This document shows positions 19,491-28,490 of a DNA stretch of 64,000 nt, one piece after another; the stretch's first letter is position 1, and each line of letters opens with the position of its first letter. The notes beneath the pieces are model-generated. The model had not been told where the DNA came from. It made no database searches and saw nothing but the letters and a program-made list of their open reading frames with translations. Origin of the DNA: a virus; IMG/VR virus record IMGVR_UViG_3300034122_002094, one strand, 5' to 3'. The position numbers and the translations under genes are program-made.

Positions 19491-20326
19491 GTCAACGCTG
19501 GGAGGTTGGTGATCAAGACAAGCCCATCTGTCTCGGTCTTCACGCATCTGACAGCGCCCCATGTGTTGCCGACCGATGTGCCGTAGGCTGCGAGCACGTC
19601 CTCATCCTCTGGTGCAATCGTGAGGATCTTTGCGCCCGAGGCCAGCAGAGTTGGCGCATGGTCGAGGTGGAATGGCCACATGAGGTCCTGGTCCTGTTGT
19701 GCTGGCATGACGCACCACAGTGTGTCTTCGCTACAAAAGCTTCCTTCGCTCTCTGTTCGTGCGCGCCAGATGAACGAGATGGGATCGAGATCGGCGAGGC
19801 TCGCACCGTTTAGCAGTTTGGAGGCTGCGCCGAGATCAGCCGCACTTGCTCGGGCCTCTGCCCTGGGGCGCATCTCGTTGCGAAGCTCAAGGCCTACGTT
19901 GCGAAGACCGTGGGTCATGTCACACGTCTGCGTGATCGCATAAAAGTTTTTGACGAACTGCTCGATGTCCTCCTGGCTCGACACCCCTCGCTCCTCCTCG
20001 TCTCTGGAGGCCACGAAGCGCTTCGCCAGGAGGTTGTACTGGCCCAACATGGCATCGTACTCATCCTGGCTGAAAGAACCTGTCAGCGGGGCTGTGCTGA
20101 GGCGACGTGGCCTGTCCCGAATCATCCACAGGAGCAGCGTCCATGCTGACAGATCGTTTGATAGCCAGCCGCCCTTGATCCTCGGGTTTGCTCGCCGAGC
20201 ACACAGCCAGTCCGTAGCATCGTAGGTGAGTGGAGAGATAAAGTAGGAGATCTTGGAGAGGTCCAGCCCGCTGAAGATCGCCTTGATCTCTGCCTGTGGT
20301 GCCGGGGTCTTGGTGATGTGTCGCAT
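19487..20326 (-). CDS. Degenerate Dam-like (D12 class) methyltransferase homologue
   Basis: Motif order and spacing resemble Dam (YFISP.., LSNDL..LLWMIRDRP, FYAITQT, ASKLLNGASLADLD, DTLWCVMP), but FxGxG and DPPY are absent. Confidence 0.5.
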   Translation of the reverse strand: MRHITKTPAPQAEIKAIFSGLDLSKISYFISPLTYDATDWLCARRANPRIKGGWLSNDLSAWTLLLWMIRDRPRRLSTAPLTGSFSQDEYDAMLGQYNLLAKRFVASRDEEERGVSSQEDIEQFVKNFYAITQTCDMTHGLRNVGLELRNEMRPRAEARASAADLGAASKLLNGASLADLDPISFIWRARTESEGSFCSEDTLWCVMPAQQDQDLMWPFHLDHAPTLLASGAKILTIAPEDEDVLAAYGTSVGNTWGAVRCVKTETDGLVLITNLPALT

Positions 20327-20356
20327 GGTTGTCCGTGAGCGTCGAGCTCTGGATAT

Positions 20357-20391
20357 AAGAAGGGCTCCGATCACTGATCGGAGCCCTTCTT
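20357..20391 (-). terminator. Palindromic terminator downstream of RNR
   Basis: Perfect 17-bp arms AAGAAGGGCTCCGATCA/TGATCGGAGCCCTTCTT. Confidence 0.8.
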
Positions 20392-20397
20392 GTTTAA

Positions 20398-23300
20398 TCA
20401 GCGCTCACACGAGCCGCCCGCACAGGCAGCCTCTTGCTGTCTCGTCGTGGTGTCCGTTGACTCGATGATCTTTGTGAGATCCAGGTCAGTCGGAACCGCT
20501 GCGAGCAGTTCGTGGTATCGCTCTTCGCTGATCGATTGGAAGGGGGCTTGGTCGTAGTTGCCGCCGTCATATGGCAAAACACTCAAGCCAGCATAATCAT
20601 TCCGCTCGCTCCACAAGCGATCGCACAGGTAGTCCCACTCATCTTCCTTGACAAAGATGGTGGCGGATACGTTGTGGTGGTGAGGGCCAGACACATGGCC
20701 TGGTGTCACCCACTCACGCTGGTACAGCATCACCCTGTCGATGAAGGTCGCCAGTGTCTCATCAGCACGAGTTGTTGCACCCTCGGGCGCACGACAGGGG
20801 ATCGACAGCACTGTCTTCGTGAGTGGGCTGCCCTTCTCAGGCTCGCACATGTGCGGAGCGTTGGCTAGCAGATACTGGCAAAGCGGTGTCACGTTCTCCA
20901 GGCGTACAGTGCGGATGAAGAACTTGTCGTACCACGCATGGATGCCGCTGGAGCATCCGAGCACACAGGATGTCGATCCAGCAGGCTTCACACAGGTCAG
21001 ACGAGCGGCAGGCTTGATGCCCAGGACAGCGGCCCACTCACGGTTGACCTCGATCGCATACTCGGCGCCCTTGCGCAGCCATGCTGGATCGATCTTGTTG
21101 CCAGCGATTCCGGTGATGCCCAGGCCGAGAAGCGCCTCTTCCTTGCAGTTCTTCTCCCACTCGGGGCGCAGATAGTGGAAGTCTGTCCAGGACGCCTGGA
21201 TGGTGCCGATGATGGTCGCGGCCTTGACGATCTCCATGAAGTGATCGTAGCTCTTGATGGACTCAGCATTGATCTCGCACAAGTTGCAGAACTGCATGTC
21301 CCTCAGGGCGATCTCCACGCAGTTCGACACGTTGAGGCCGCCTGTCCAGAACGTGTGCGTGCTGTTGTCGACAGTGATGTCCCAGACCTCTTGCAGTCCC
21401 AGATCTTCACGGCTGACCACCTGCGCCTGCTTGTTGCCATGACCAAGTGTCGTCACATCGATCTTCTGGTTCTTGTAGTCCTGGATGAAGCCGATCTGGC
21501 GAGCGAACTCTGCCCGACCAACAGTGACATTCAGGTCATAAGACTCGCGCGACGTGTACTCACCATTGGCGTGAGTGATCGTGCTGGGCTTGTTCGTCGT
21601 GTAGTACGACGGGATCCCCAGCGAGCTGAGGGCAACCTGGACGTCGCTGATCATCTGGAACGAGGTCGCCTTGAGCGTGATGCGATTCCTCACAACGGAA
21701 CCGTTTGCGGAGAACAGCCCACGAAGCAAAGATCTGAGCTTGTTCGTCTCCAAGCCAAGGAACTGGCCGAGGCAGCGGTCGTAGGTGTGAGGCAGATGCT
21801 CAGCGGTGATCTCGGGACAGATAACCTGATAGCCGCCCTTGTCGGCATACGCCGGGTGAATCCGGCCAATCAGAGGAGCCACCTCGCTGGCGAAGTAAGA
21901 CTCATCATCCTGGCCGATGAACAACGCGATCTTGTTCTTGCTCGTCTTGTGGACCGTGCCATCGCCCAGCAGCAAGCCAGCCATGACCCAGTTGCGGTCA
22001 TGCTCAACATTACGCATCCGAGTCGGGCCAACCACGAGATCGATCGCCTCGACCTCGTCGACAGGAGTCTTGATGCCGCTGGACAGGACCTTGTGGTCTG
22101 CGGTGCCAAGGAAGTGGCCCTGTGTCGTGTTGTACCTGAATGTGTCCTTGATGCCGTTCGACCACTTGGCCGTGACTGTCGTCCAGCCCTCAGCGGACCA
22201 GATCTTGTCACCGACCTGGATCTCTCCCATCGTCGTCAGGCCGTTGGGCGTGAGCAGGGTAGCATCGGCAGTCAGACATGGATTGACACCAAAGTCAAGA
22301 TCATCGAGCCAGACAAAGCCAGGCTCGCCACGCCCCGAGCGACGACAGAAGTCGTAGACCCACTCAAACTCTGCACGAGTTGTCGTCGGGCGATGGAGCA
22401 CCACGGAATTGTTGGAGCGAGCGCGCTGCGGCTCGATGAGGTCAGAGAAGACCTTGCCGGTGCTGAGAGCATACTGGCGCTGACCCTCTGCGCTGCTCCA
22501 GCTCTGATCTTCCAGCACGACAGTGGCGATCTTCTTGCTGCCTGTGCAGTCGTCGTACTCGATCTTCCAGAGCCCACCCTTGGGCAGCTTTGTGTACGAC
22601 AGCTCGGTGAAGGCCCACTGGCTCTTGGCCATGAGCATCGGGATCGAGCTCTTGTCGAAGATGCAGATCGTGGCCGAGCGACGGATGCCGCCCGAGACAA
22701 CACAGTCGGCGAGGTGCATGATGATGTCATACGCCTCGATGTCCATGAGCTTGCGCCCAACGGCTGACTGAAGGATCTTCTCGACGCGCTCAAGGGCCTT
22801 GCGCAGACCATCAGGGCCTGGAGCCAGACCGCCCGAGGTCTTGAGCGGTGTGCCCTTCTTGCGGATGTCGGAATAGTTGAAGACGGGGCGACGCTTGCCA
22901 TAGTAGTAGCTTTGGATAAGCTCGTCGAGCGCCTGACACCAGCCGATCGCATCGTCCTGGATCATGAAGCGCTGCTCGATGATCTTGCCGTCCTCATCAA
23001 GCCTCGGCCCCTGAAGCACAGGGAGCTGAGAGATATGGCGATTCTGGACTGAGAAGCCTACGCCGCTGCCCTTGATCGACAAAAACAAAATCTCTCTGAA
23101 AGCTCGGGTGTCTTTCAGAGAGAGGAATGCGCAATTATACAGAGAGTTTGGTGACTTGCGAATTGCGTCACCAGCAAACTGCATCGATCGCATCGACGGC
23201 AGCACAGCGTGATCGCGGACGTGGTCGTATGCCTTTGCAAGGTCCGCCTGATACCGTGCAGCATCAGGATGTGCGCTGATCGTGTCTGCGGTCTTCTCAA

Positions 23301-23424
23301 GGTTCATCGACTCGTTGCGACCCACCAGCTCTCGCCAGTTCTCGCGACGGAGCTGCTCCGGCAGATACCGGTAATACTTGTCATATGTCACTACTTCAGA
23401 GAGGAGCTTCAATCCGCTGTCCAT
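20398..23424 (-). CDS. nrdJ: Class II (B12-dependent, monomeric RTPR-like) ribonucleotide reductase, intein-containing
   Basis: Motifs PSMR, YNCAF, GSGVGFS, GGIRRSA, NP[intein]CVE, CNL, TCVKPAGS and C-terminal ACAGGSCE. Start placed at MDSGLK. Confidence 0.92.
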   Translation of the reverse strand: MDSGLKLLSEVVTYDKYYRYLPEQLRRENWRELVGRNESMNLEKTADTISAHPDAARYQADLAKAYDHVRDHAVLPSMRSMQFAGDAIRKSPNSLYNCAFLSLKDTRAFREILFLSIKGSGVGFSVQNRHISQLPVLQGPRLDEDGKIIEQRFMIQDDAIGWCQALDELIQSYYYGKRRPVFNYSDIRKKGTPLKTSGGLAPGPDGLRKALERVEKILQSAVGRKLMDIEAYDIIMHLADCVVSGGIRRSATICIFDKSSIPMLMAKSQWAFTELSYTKLPKGGLWKIEYDDCTGSKKIATVVLEDQSWSSAEGQRQYALSTGKVFSDLIEPQRARSNNSVVLHRPTTTRAEFEWVYDFCRRSGRGEPGFVWLDDLDFGVNPCLTADATLLTPNGLTTMGEIQVGDKIWSAEGWTTVTAKWSNGIKDTFRYNTTQGHFLGTADHKVLSSGIKTPVDEVEAIDLVVGPTRMRNVEHDRNWVMAGLLLGDGTVHKTSKNKIALFIGQDDESYFASEVAPLIGRIHPAYADKGGYQVICPEITAEHLPHTYDRCLGQFLGLETNKLRSLLRGLFSANGSVVRNRITLKATSFQMISDVQVALSSLGIPSYYTTNKPSTITHANGEYTSRESYDLNVTVGRAEFARQIGFIQDYKNQKIDVTTLGHGNKQAQVVSREDLGLQEVWDITVDNSTHTFWTGGLNVSNCVEIALRDMQFCNLCEINAESIKSYDHFMEIVKAATIIGTIQASWTDFHYLRPEWEKNCKEEALLGLGITGIAGNKIDPAWLRKGAEYAIEVNREWAAVLGIKPAARLTCVKPAGSTSCVLGCSSGIHAWYDKFFIRTVRLENVTPLCQYLLANAPHMCEPEKGSPLTKTVLSIPCRAPEGATTRADETLATFIDRVMLYQREWVTPGHVSGPHHHNVSATIFVKEDEWDYLCDRLWSERNDYAGLSVLPYDGGNYDQAPFQSISEERYHELLAAVPTDLDLTKIIESTDTTTRQQEAACAGGSCER
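21322..22278 (-). mobile_element. Intein with LAGLIDADG homing endonuclease in RNR (319 aa)
   Basis: Begins CLTADAT and ends WDITVD...GLNVSN|C; internal MAGLLLGDG and LRGLFSANG motifs. Confidence 0.92.
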
Positions 23425-23558
23425 GTATAACTCTTCAGAATCTTTGGTTAAAAATGGCGCACAAGACAAAGCCTGTGCGCCATTTGTTGTCAGCCTGTGG
23501 GCGGGAGAGGTTCTGACGACTCTTGGATGCGAGCCGTTCAGTTCAGAAGCAAGATAGG

Positions 23559-23885
23559 TTATCTGTCGGAATCGTCTGAGTCGACAGTGTCGAGCTCTTC
23601 TGTTGGCCACGTCTCGGGCCAGATGAGCGCCGCCTGGGAGTCGTGAGCTCTCCCGTTGAGGGCCTTCGGGAAGTTGAAGCGCGAGTCAGCTCCGCGACAA
23701 GGCACGAGGTTCACCTTGTACTTATCGTGCTCTTGCTTGCAGTGAGGGCACTTCGCCGTGACATAGCGATAGACTCTGCCCTGGCGGTAGGTGACGATGT
23801 ACCATGATGCTGGCGACATCACCTTCGCACATTCTGGGTTCTTGCAGCGCAGCTTGAACGGCTCATAGCCTGTCTCGTTGATCAT
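23559..23885 (-). CDS. Zinc-ribbon protein
   Basis: CKNPEC...CPHC. Confidence 0.65.
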   Translation of the reverse strand: MINETGYEPFKLRCKNPECAKVMSPASWYIVTYRQGRVYRYVTAKCPHCKQEHDKYKVNLVPCRGADSRFNFPKALNGRAHDSQAALIWPETWPTEELDTVDSDDSDR

Positions 23886-24172
23886 CTTTGCTGGCCTCCT
23901 GCGGCCTTGACGTTGCGGGCCGTCACGCTCTCGCGGATTCGGACCCAGTTATGGAAGCGACTGTATCGATCATTGTACTTTGCGAACAGGACGTGGATGA
24001 GGCGGATCAGCATGAGGTACTTCTCTCGATCCTCTCGCTCACAGTACGCCATGCTGGTGAAGAGCCCGCATGGCGTGTTACATCTTAGACAACATGTCGA
24101 GATCTTTGTCAACCGATTCTTGCGGCGATAGCACTTTAGCTGTGGCAGCTTTTCGACCCCGAGGGCGTCCAT
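23882..24172 (-). CDS. Small Cys-rich hypothetical protein
   Basis: AAGGAG SD before ATG 24172; CCLRCNTPC motif; overlaps the 3' end of the resolvase gene. Confidence 0.55.
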   Translation of the reverse strand: MDALGVEKLPQLKCYRRKNRLTKISTCCLRCNTPCGLFTSMAYCEREDREKYLMLIRLIHVLFAKYNDRYSRFHNWVRIRESVTARNVKAAGGQQR

Positions 24173-25040
24173 GCTCTCCTTCAGCAGCAGCGAGTTCAGC
24201 CTTGATGGCTTTGATGACCTTGTTATGCTCGACGGTCTCATTCTCATGCCTCGTTGTCGGAGAGATCAAGATGGAGTCGATGACGCTGTGGACCGCTCGC
24301 TCTCGTGGCAGCGGACGGGCGGCGTTACCCTTCTGCCACTGGAAGGCTATGTCGTCAGAGAAGGGCTGATCGAGCCAGGTGGACATCTCCAGCAGATGCT
24401 TCGACAGATAGCCGTTGATGATCAGCAGCGCCAGTGCGTCCGCCTCGTCATCAGTCTGGATCTTGAGCTTGTCACACAATCCATTGTAGTGGTAATTCAG
24501 GCCCTCGATCACCTCCTGCTTGGACTTGGCTACCTGCTTGCCAGTGACTTCGTCCTTCTTTGAGCTCTGGCCAGTGGCGACCTTCTTGACCTGGCTCGTA
24601 TAGACGGGGACGATCAAGGTGTCGAGTGGCTGCGTTCCGTAGAGCATCGCGTTACACATGGCGAGGGCTTTGAAAGACGCTGGGTTGTCCATGACGGTCA
24701 CAGCCTCATACACGATAGAGAAAGCGGCCTGCTTGCTTGTCAGCTCGGCCATCTCAACGCTGAGGCGGCGCACCTTCTCTCTTGCCGCCATCGACTTGCT
24801 CAGATCGACGCTTGCCGTCTTGATCGCAGACGGATCTTCCCAGCCGCCAGCGTCGATCGCAATGAAGTCAGCCAGAGTACACCATGCCATTCCCGTTGAC
24901 GTAAGCGAGAGGTCGAGGCCGACCATGAGGTCTCCACCTGTCTTGGCCTGCGCCTCTTCTCGGGCCTTGAGAAGCCATCTGGCTGTCTCGACCATGTGCC
25001 GTCTATCAAAATAGACGCTCGTCGCTTTCTTCTTCGCCAT
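24078..25040 (-). CDS. RuvC-like Holliday junction resolvase
   Basis: Acidic RNase H-fold motifs VGLDLSLTSTG, IVYE, SQVKK and DDEADA. Confidence 0.8.
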   Translation of the reverse strand: MAKKKATSVYFDRRHMVETARWLLKAREEAQAKTGGDLMVGLDLSLTSTGMAWCTLADFIAIDAGGWEDPSAIKTASVDLSKSMAAREKVRRLSVEMAELTSKQAAFSIVYEAVTVMDNPASFKALAMCNAMLYGTQPLDTLIVPVYTSQVKKVATGQSSKKDEVTGKQVAKSKQEVIEGLNYHYNGLCDKLKIQTDDEADALALLIINGYLSKHLLEMSTWLDQPFSDDIAFQWQKGNAARPLPRERAVHSVIDSILISPTTRHENETVEHNKVIKAIKAELAAAEGEHGRPRGRKAATAKVLSPQESVDKDLDMLSKM

Positions 25041-26890
25041 CAGCTCATCCGCAGGGTCGCCTTGCCGCCGCGCTTCTCGACAAGGATCTGCCGGGTGTCG
25101 CTCTTACGGTCAAAGTAGTCCTCAAGGGACTTGTTGTGGAACACGAGGAGGCGAGTGTCTGTCGCGTCCTCGAACAGGAAGTCTACTAGCGCGCGCGACC
25201 CTGTGCTGTCAAGAGAAGCGAGCGCCTCATCGTCGATGTACAGGCCGATCTGGAACACCCCGTTCAAAGCGAGCGTGACTGCCTTGTCGATGCGCGCCGC
25301 CTCGCCACCAGAGAAGACACCATACGGGTAGTAGACTCCCTGCTTGCTCGTATTGTGGAACAGCAAGTCGAGTTTGTCGCCATCAAGCACGGCCTTGACG
25401 GTCAGGTCGGTGTCCATCTTCTCGAAGTAGCGCTGGATCTGCTGCTCAAGAGATGAGATGAATCCGAACAGGATCTCCTGCTTGGTCTTGCGCAGGATCT
25501 TCAGCGTCGTCTTGAGCGCTGACATCTCGTCTTCGAGCTGGCTGATCTTGCGCGCCATGCCATCGAACTTCTTGAGCTGACCATCGACGATGAGGCGCTC
25601 CTTCTCAAGCTGTGCCTGAAGCGAATCTGAACTCTCGGCGCGATGAAGCTCCAGCATCTTCTCAGCGTTCGAGAGCTGCGTCTGCGCCATCTGGCAAGCA
25701 TGGACCTCTCGCTCGTAGGCCTGGAGCTTCAGGGCCAGAGAGCTGCGCAAGCCATTGAGGCGATCGATCTCCTTCTCGTCTGGTGCCTCGGGCATGACGA
25801 AGTCGAGGATCTGTTGGCGCAAATCGTCTGCACCAGCCTTGACGAGCGCCTGTCGGATACAGACCTGCTCGCGCTCACTGGAGAATGCGTGCAAGAGCTT
25901 CGTGTTGACCTCTGTGCGGTGGCTTCCACAGTATGCGCACTCTCCACCACCCACCAGCAAGACGTTGTCGATCTTGTCCTGGAGATCAGAGAGGAGCTGC
26001 TCGATCCCCTTCTGCTCGTCCAGGTTCTTCTCCAGACGCTTCTCAAGCAGCGCTTTCTTCGGGGCCTGCTGCGAATACTCCCTCTGAGACCGCCGCAGAG
26101 CCTCCAGGCTCGCTTCGATCTCGGCGAGCTGCTGTGGGTATGCCACAGGGTCTGGCGCCGGTCTGAAGGCCTGCCTGAGGCTCTCAATGAGGGCTGTCGA
26201 CTGGGCCAGCTTGGCTGCTTTCTGCGCCTCGAATTGTGATAACTGATTCTCAAGAGCGGCGATGCGCTGGTCCTGCTGCGCGATGCCTTGCTCAAGGGTG
26301 TTGGCGAGCGATACAAGGCTCTCGCACTCGGTCTTGCGACGCATCCCCTCTGCCTTGAGATCGTCGATCATTCGGTCGTAGGGCGTCAGGTCCAGCACCT
26401 CTGTCAGCACCTCCAGCTTCTTGGCCGGGGTAAGCTCACAGAAGCTCGCGCGCTTGGATGCGGCGTAGCCAGCGAGCATGAAGGCCTGACGGCTGAAACC
26501 GAGCGTCTGCTCAATGAGCTTGTCGTTACCCTTGTGGAGCGAGACGTCCTCGCCATCGATCTTGACGATAGGCTCGCTGTTGCGACGACCCGGCACCTTG
26601 CGGCCACGGTCGATCTCGATGCGGCGGCCCGCGTGGGTGAAGGTCAAGACCACCCTGACGTGATCGCCATTGGGTCCGATGACACCATCAGAGAGCAGGC
26701 CCTCGCGTGGCGTCGTGCCGAAGAGGCACCAGATGATCGCGTGCAGCAGGGCGCTCTTGCCAGCACCATTGGAGCTTGAGCCCTGGTCATCATGATTGAT
26801 GCCAAAGACCGCATACTTGACGTGGTTGAAAGTCAAAAACTCCTCCCCCAAAGGGAAGAAGTTCTCGATCTTGATTGACTCAAGCTTCAC
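25040..26890 (-). CDS. Rad50/SbcC (gp46-like) ATPase
   Basis: Walker A NGAGKS, coiled coils with a CAYC hook, signature FSGGE and Walker B YIDDE. Confidence 0.92.
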   Translation of the reverse strand: MKLESIKIENFFPLGEEFLTFNHVKYAVFGINHDDQGSSSNGAGKSALLHAIIWCLFGTTPREGLLSDGVIGPNGDHVRVVLTFTHAGRRIEIDRGRKVPGRRNSEPIVKIDGEDVSLHKGNDKLIEQTLGFSRQAFMLAGYAASKRASFCELTPAKKLEVLTEVLDLTPYDRMIDDLKAEGMRRKTECESLVSLANTLEQGIAQQDQRIAALENQLSQFEAQKAAKLAQSTALIESLRQAFRPAPDPVAYPQQLAEIEASLEALRRSQREYSQQAPKKALLEKRLEKNLDEQKGIEQLLSDLQDKIDNVLLVGGGECAYCGSHRTEVNTKLLHAFSSEREQVCIRQALVKAGADDLRQQILDFVMPEAPDEKEIDRLNGLRSSLALKLQAYEREVHACQMAQTQLSNAEKMLELHRAESSDSLQAQLEKERLIVDGQLKKFDGMARKISQLEDEMSALKTTLKILRKTKQEILFGFISSLEQQIQRYFEKMDTDLTVKAVLDGDKLDLLFHNTSKQGVYYPYGVFSGGEAARIDKAVTLALNGVFQIGLYIDDEALASLDSTGSRALVDFLFEDATDTRLLVFHNKSLEDYFDRKSDTRQILVEKRGGKATLRMS

Positions 26891-27555
26891 TTACGGGGCT
26901 CCGTCGCACCCATCTGTCCGAAGTAGCGAGAGCCAAGACTCGGATCGCCATAGGCCTTCTCCGCTGGCTCTGCGAGCATTGACATCACGATCTGGCAGAT
27001 TGGGATGTGATCGAGGAACGTGACCATCTCAGGCCCAAGGTTCTTGATCTCCAAAGTGATCTGGCCCTGGAAGCCTGGATCCAAGAAGCCCGCTGTGGCA
27101 TGGACCACGACGAACACGCGCCCGATGGAGGACTTGCCTGAGACATGCCCCGATAGACCGCGCCCGATCTCGATTCGCTCCAGCGTGGTTGCCAGCACAC
27201 AGTCTCCAGGTCGGAGACGGAGCAGCTTCGCGCCTGACACTCCAACACAGTCATCGTGCGTATAGCGTGGCAGGTTGCGCACACCCGGACCCATGATGGT
27301 CTCGCCAGCGTTCTTCTTGAGGCGCTGGACACCGTTCGACAGATCAAGACGCAGGTCGACCGAAGCTGGCTGGATGGCGCTTGGTTCGGGGAGCGGGTCG
27401 AGCTTGAGGTGGAGAGCTTCGCGGCGCCTCTTGCTGACCTCAAGCTCGACCGAGTTCATGGACGCGGCCTCCTCGAAGGTTGGCAGGGAGAGTGCTGGCG
27501 AGACACGCGGGTCGATACCGAGGAGCTGGCGGATGTAGAAGTCGGGGAGGATCAT
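26887..27555 (-). CDS. dcd: dCTP deaminase
   Basis: Motifs IQPASVDLRL, GKSSIGR, HATAGFLDPGFQGQITLE and ICQ. Confidence 0.92.
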   Translation of the reverse strand: MILPDFYIRQLLGIDPRVSPALSLPTFEEAASMNSVELEVSKRRREALHLKLDPLPEPSAIQPASVDLRLDLSNGVQRLKKNAGETIMGPGVRNLPRYTHDDCVGVSGAKLLRLRPGDCVLATTLERIEIGRGLSGHVSGKSSIGRVFVVVHATAGFLDPGFQGQITLEIKNLGPEMVTFLDHIPICQIVMSMLAEPAEKAYGDPSLGSRYFGQMGATEPRK

Positions 27556-28490
27556 CGGTTGTCACCTGAGCCGTTGAGGACGTTGCGCTCCTTGCGATCC
27601 TGGAGCTTCTGGATGTTATCAGCCATGATTCGAGAGAGGGGGATGCCGAGCTCATGGGCCAGCGCAGCGCAGTACCATGTGACGTCACCGAGCTCCTTCG
27701 CGAGCTTGTTACGACCCTCAGCGGTCAACTCACCACCCTCGTCGCGGATGATCTTCTTGAGCACGCCAGCAACCTCGCCAGACTCGGAGCACAGGCCCAG
27801 CACAGCGTACTCTACGTTGCTGCCACGGTTGGGATAGATCGCTGTCTCACCGGCGAGCTGCTGGTAGCGGTTCACCGACATGTCGGGTTGCGAAACGAGC
27901 TGAGTCCCGAAGTCGAAGTTGAGGAGCGTCCCGTAGTTGAATTTGAGCGAAGTATCAAGCTCGTATCGGGTGCTGAGACGAGAGATCGAGGACATGTCGC
28001 GAGCTGGGATGGTCCGCTCCCCGTCAGAAGCCTCGACACGGTAGAGGTCGATCTTGTCTGCCTTGATGTGAGGTGGGATGGCGCCTCGACCAACATGGTA
28101 GTCGTTGTTCGGAATCGTTGCGCCTGTGTTCGTGAACACCCAGTAGTCGTCAACCTGGAAGGCGACGATGGTGCCATTGGCGATCATCGTCTCGAATGAC
28201 AGGTGGAGGATCTTGTTGTGCTTCAGGATCTGCTGGTTGCGGATGAAGTGCAGCAGAGAGATCACGTTGCTGCCGTTCGGTCCGAACACGACACCCATGT
28301 CACCGTGGCGCTCGATGGGGATCTTGACGCGGAGGCACCGGGGGTCCTCGGTGATCTTGACGGGCGTCTTCGGGAGGTCTGCGAAGCCACCAAAGGCGCA
28401 GACCATGTCCTCGACGAACTCGGCGAGGTCCTTCGTGGCCTGCTCGCGCTCCTCGGGGGTGTAATGGAACTTCTTCTGCTTGTCGATCAT
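27552..28490 (-). CDS. KhpA-like KH domain fused to a MazG-like NTP pyrophosphohydrolase
   Basis: N-terminal DMGVVFGPNGSNVISL; C-terminal LGLCSESGEVA..KK..RD...KELGDVTWY...NIQKL. Confidence 0.8.
   Translation of the reverse strand: MIDKQKKFHYTPEEREQATKDLAEFVEDMVCAFGGFADLPKTPVKITEDPRCLRVKIPIERHGDMGVVFGPNGSNVISLLHFIRNQQILKHNKILHLSFETMIANGTIVAFQVDDYWVFTNTGATIPNNDYHVGRGAIPPHIKADKIDLYRVEASDGERTIPARDMSSISRLSTRYELDTSLKFNYGTLLNFDFGTQLVSQPDMSVNRYQQLAGETAIYPNRGSNVEYAVLGLCSESGEVAGVLKKIIRDEGGELTAEGRNKLAKELGDVTWYCAALAHELGIPLSRIMADNIQKLQDRKERNVLNGSGDNR

Noticed and set aside
23425-23610. N-terminal extension of RNR in the ORF track
   Set aside because: It overlaps the upstream gene and is not RNR-like; ATG 23424 fits better.
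24078-25040. Cas12/TnpB-type RNA-guided nuclease
   Set aside because: The compact RuvC motifs lack a Zn ribbon or adjacent non-coding RNA space, and the recombination context favours a resolvase.
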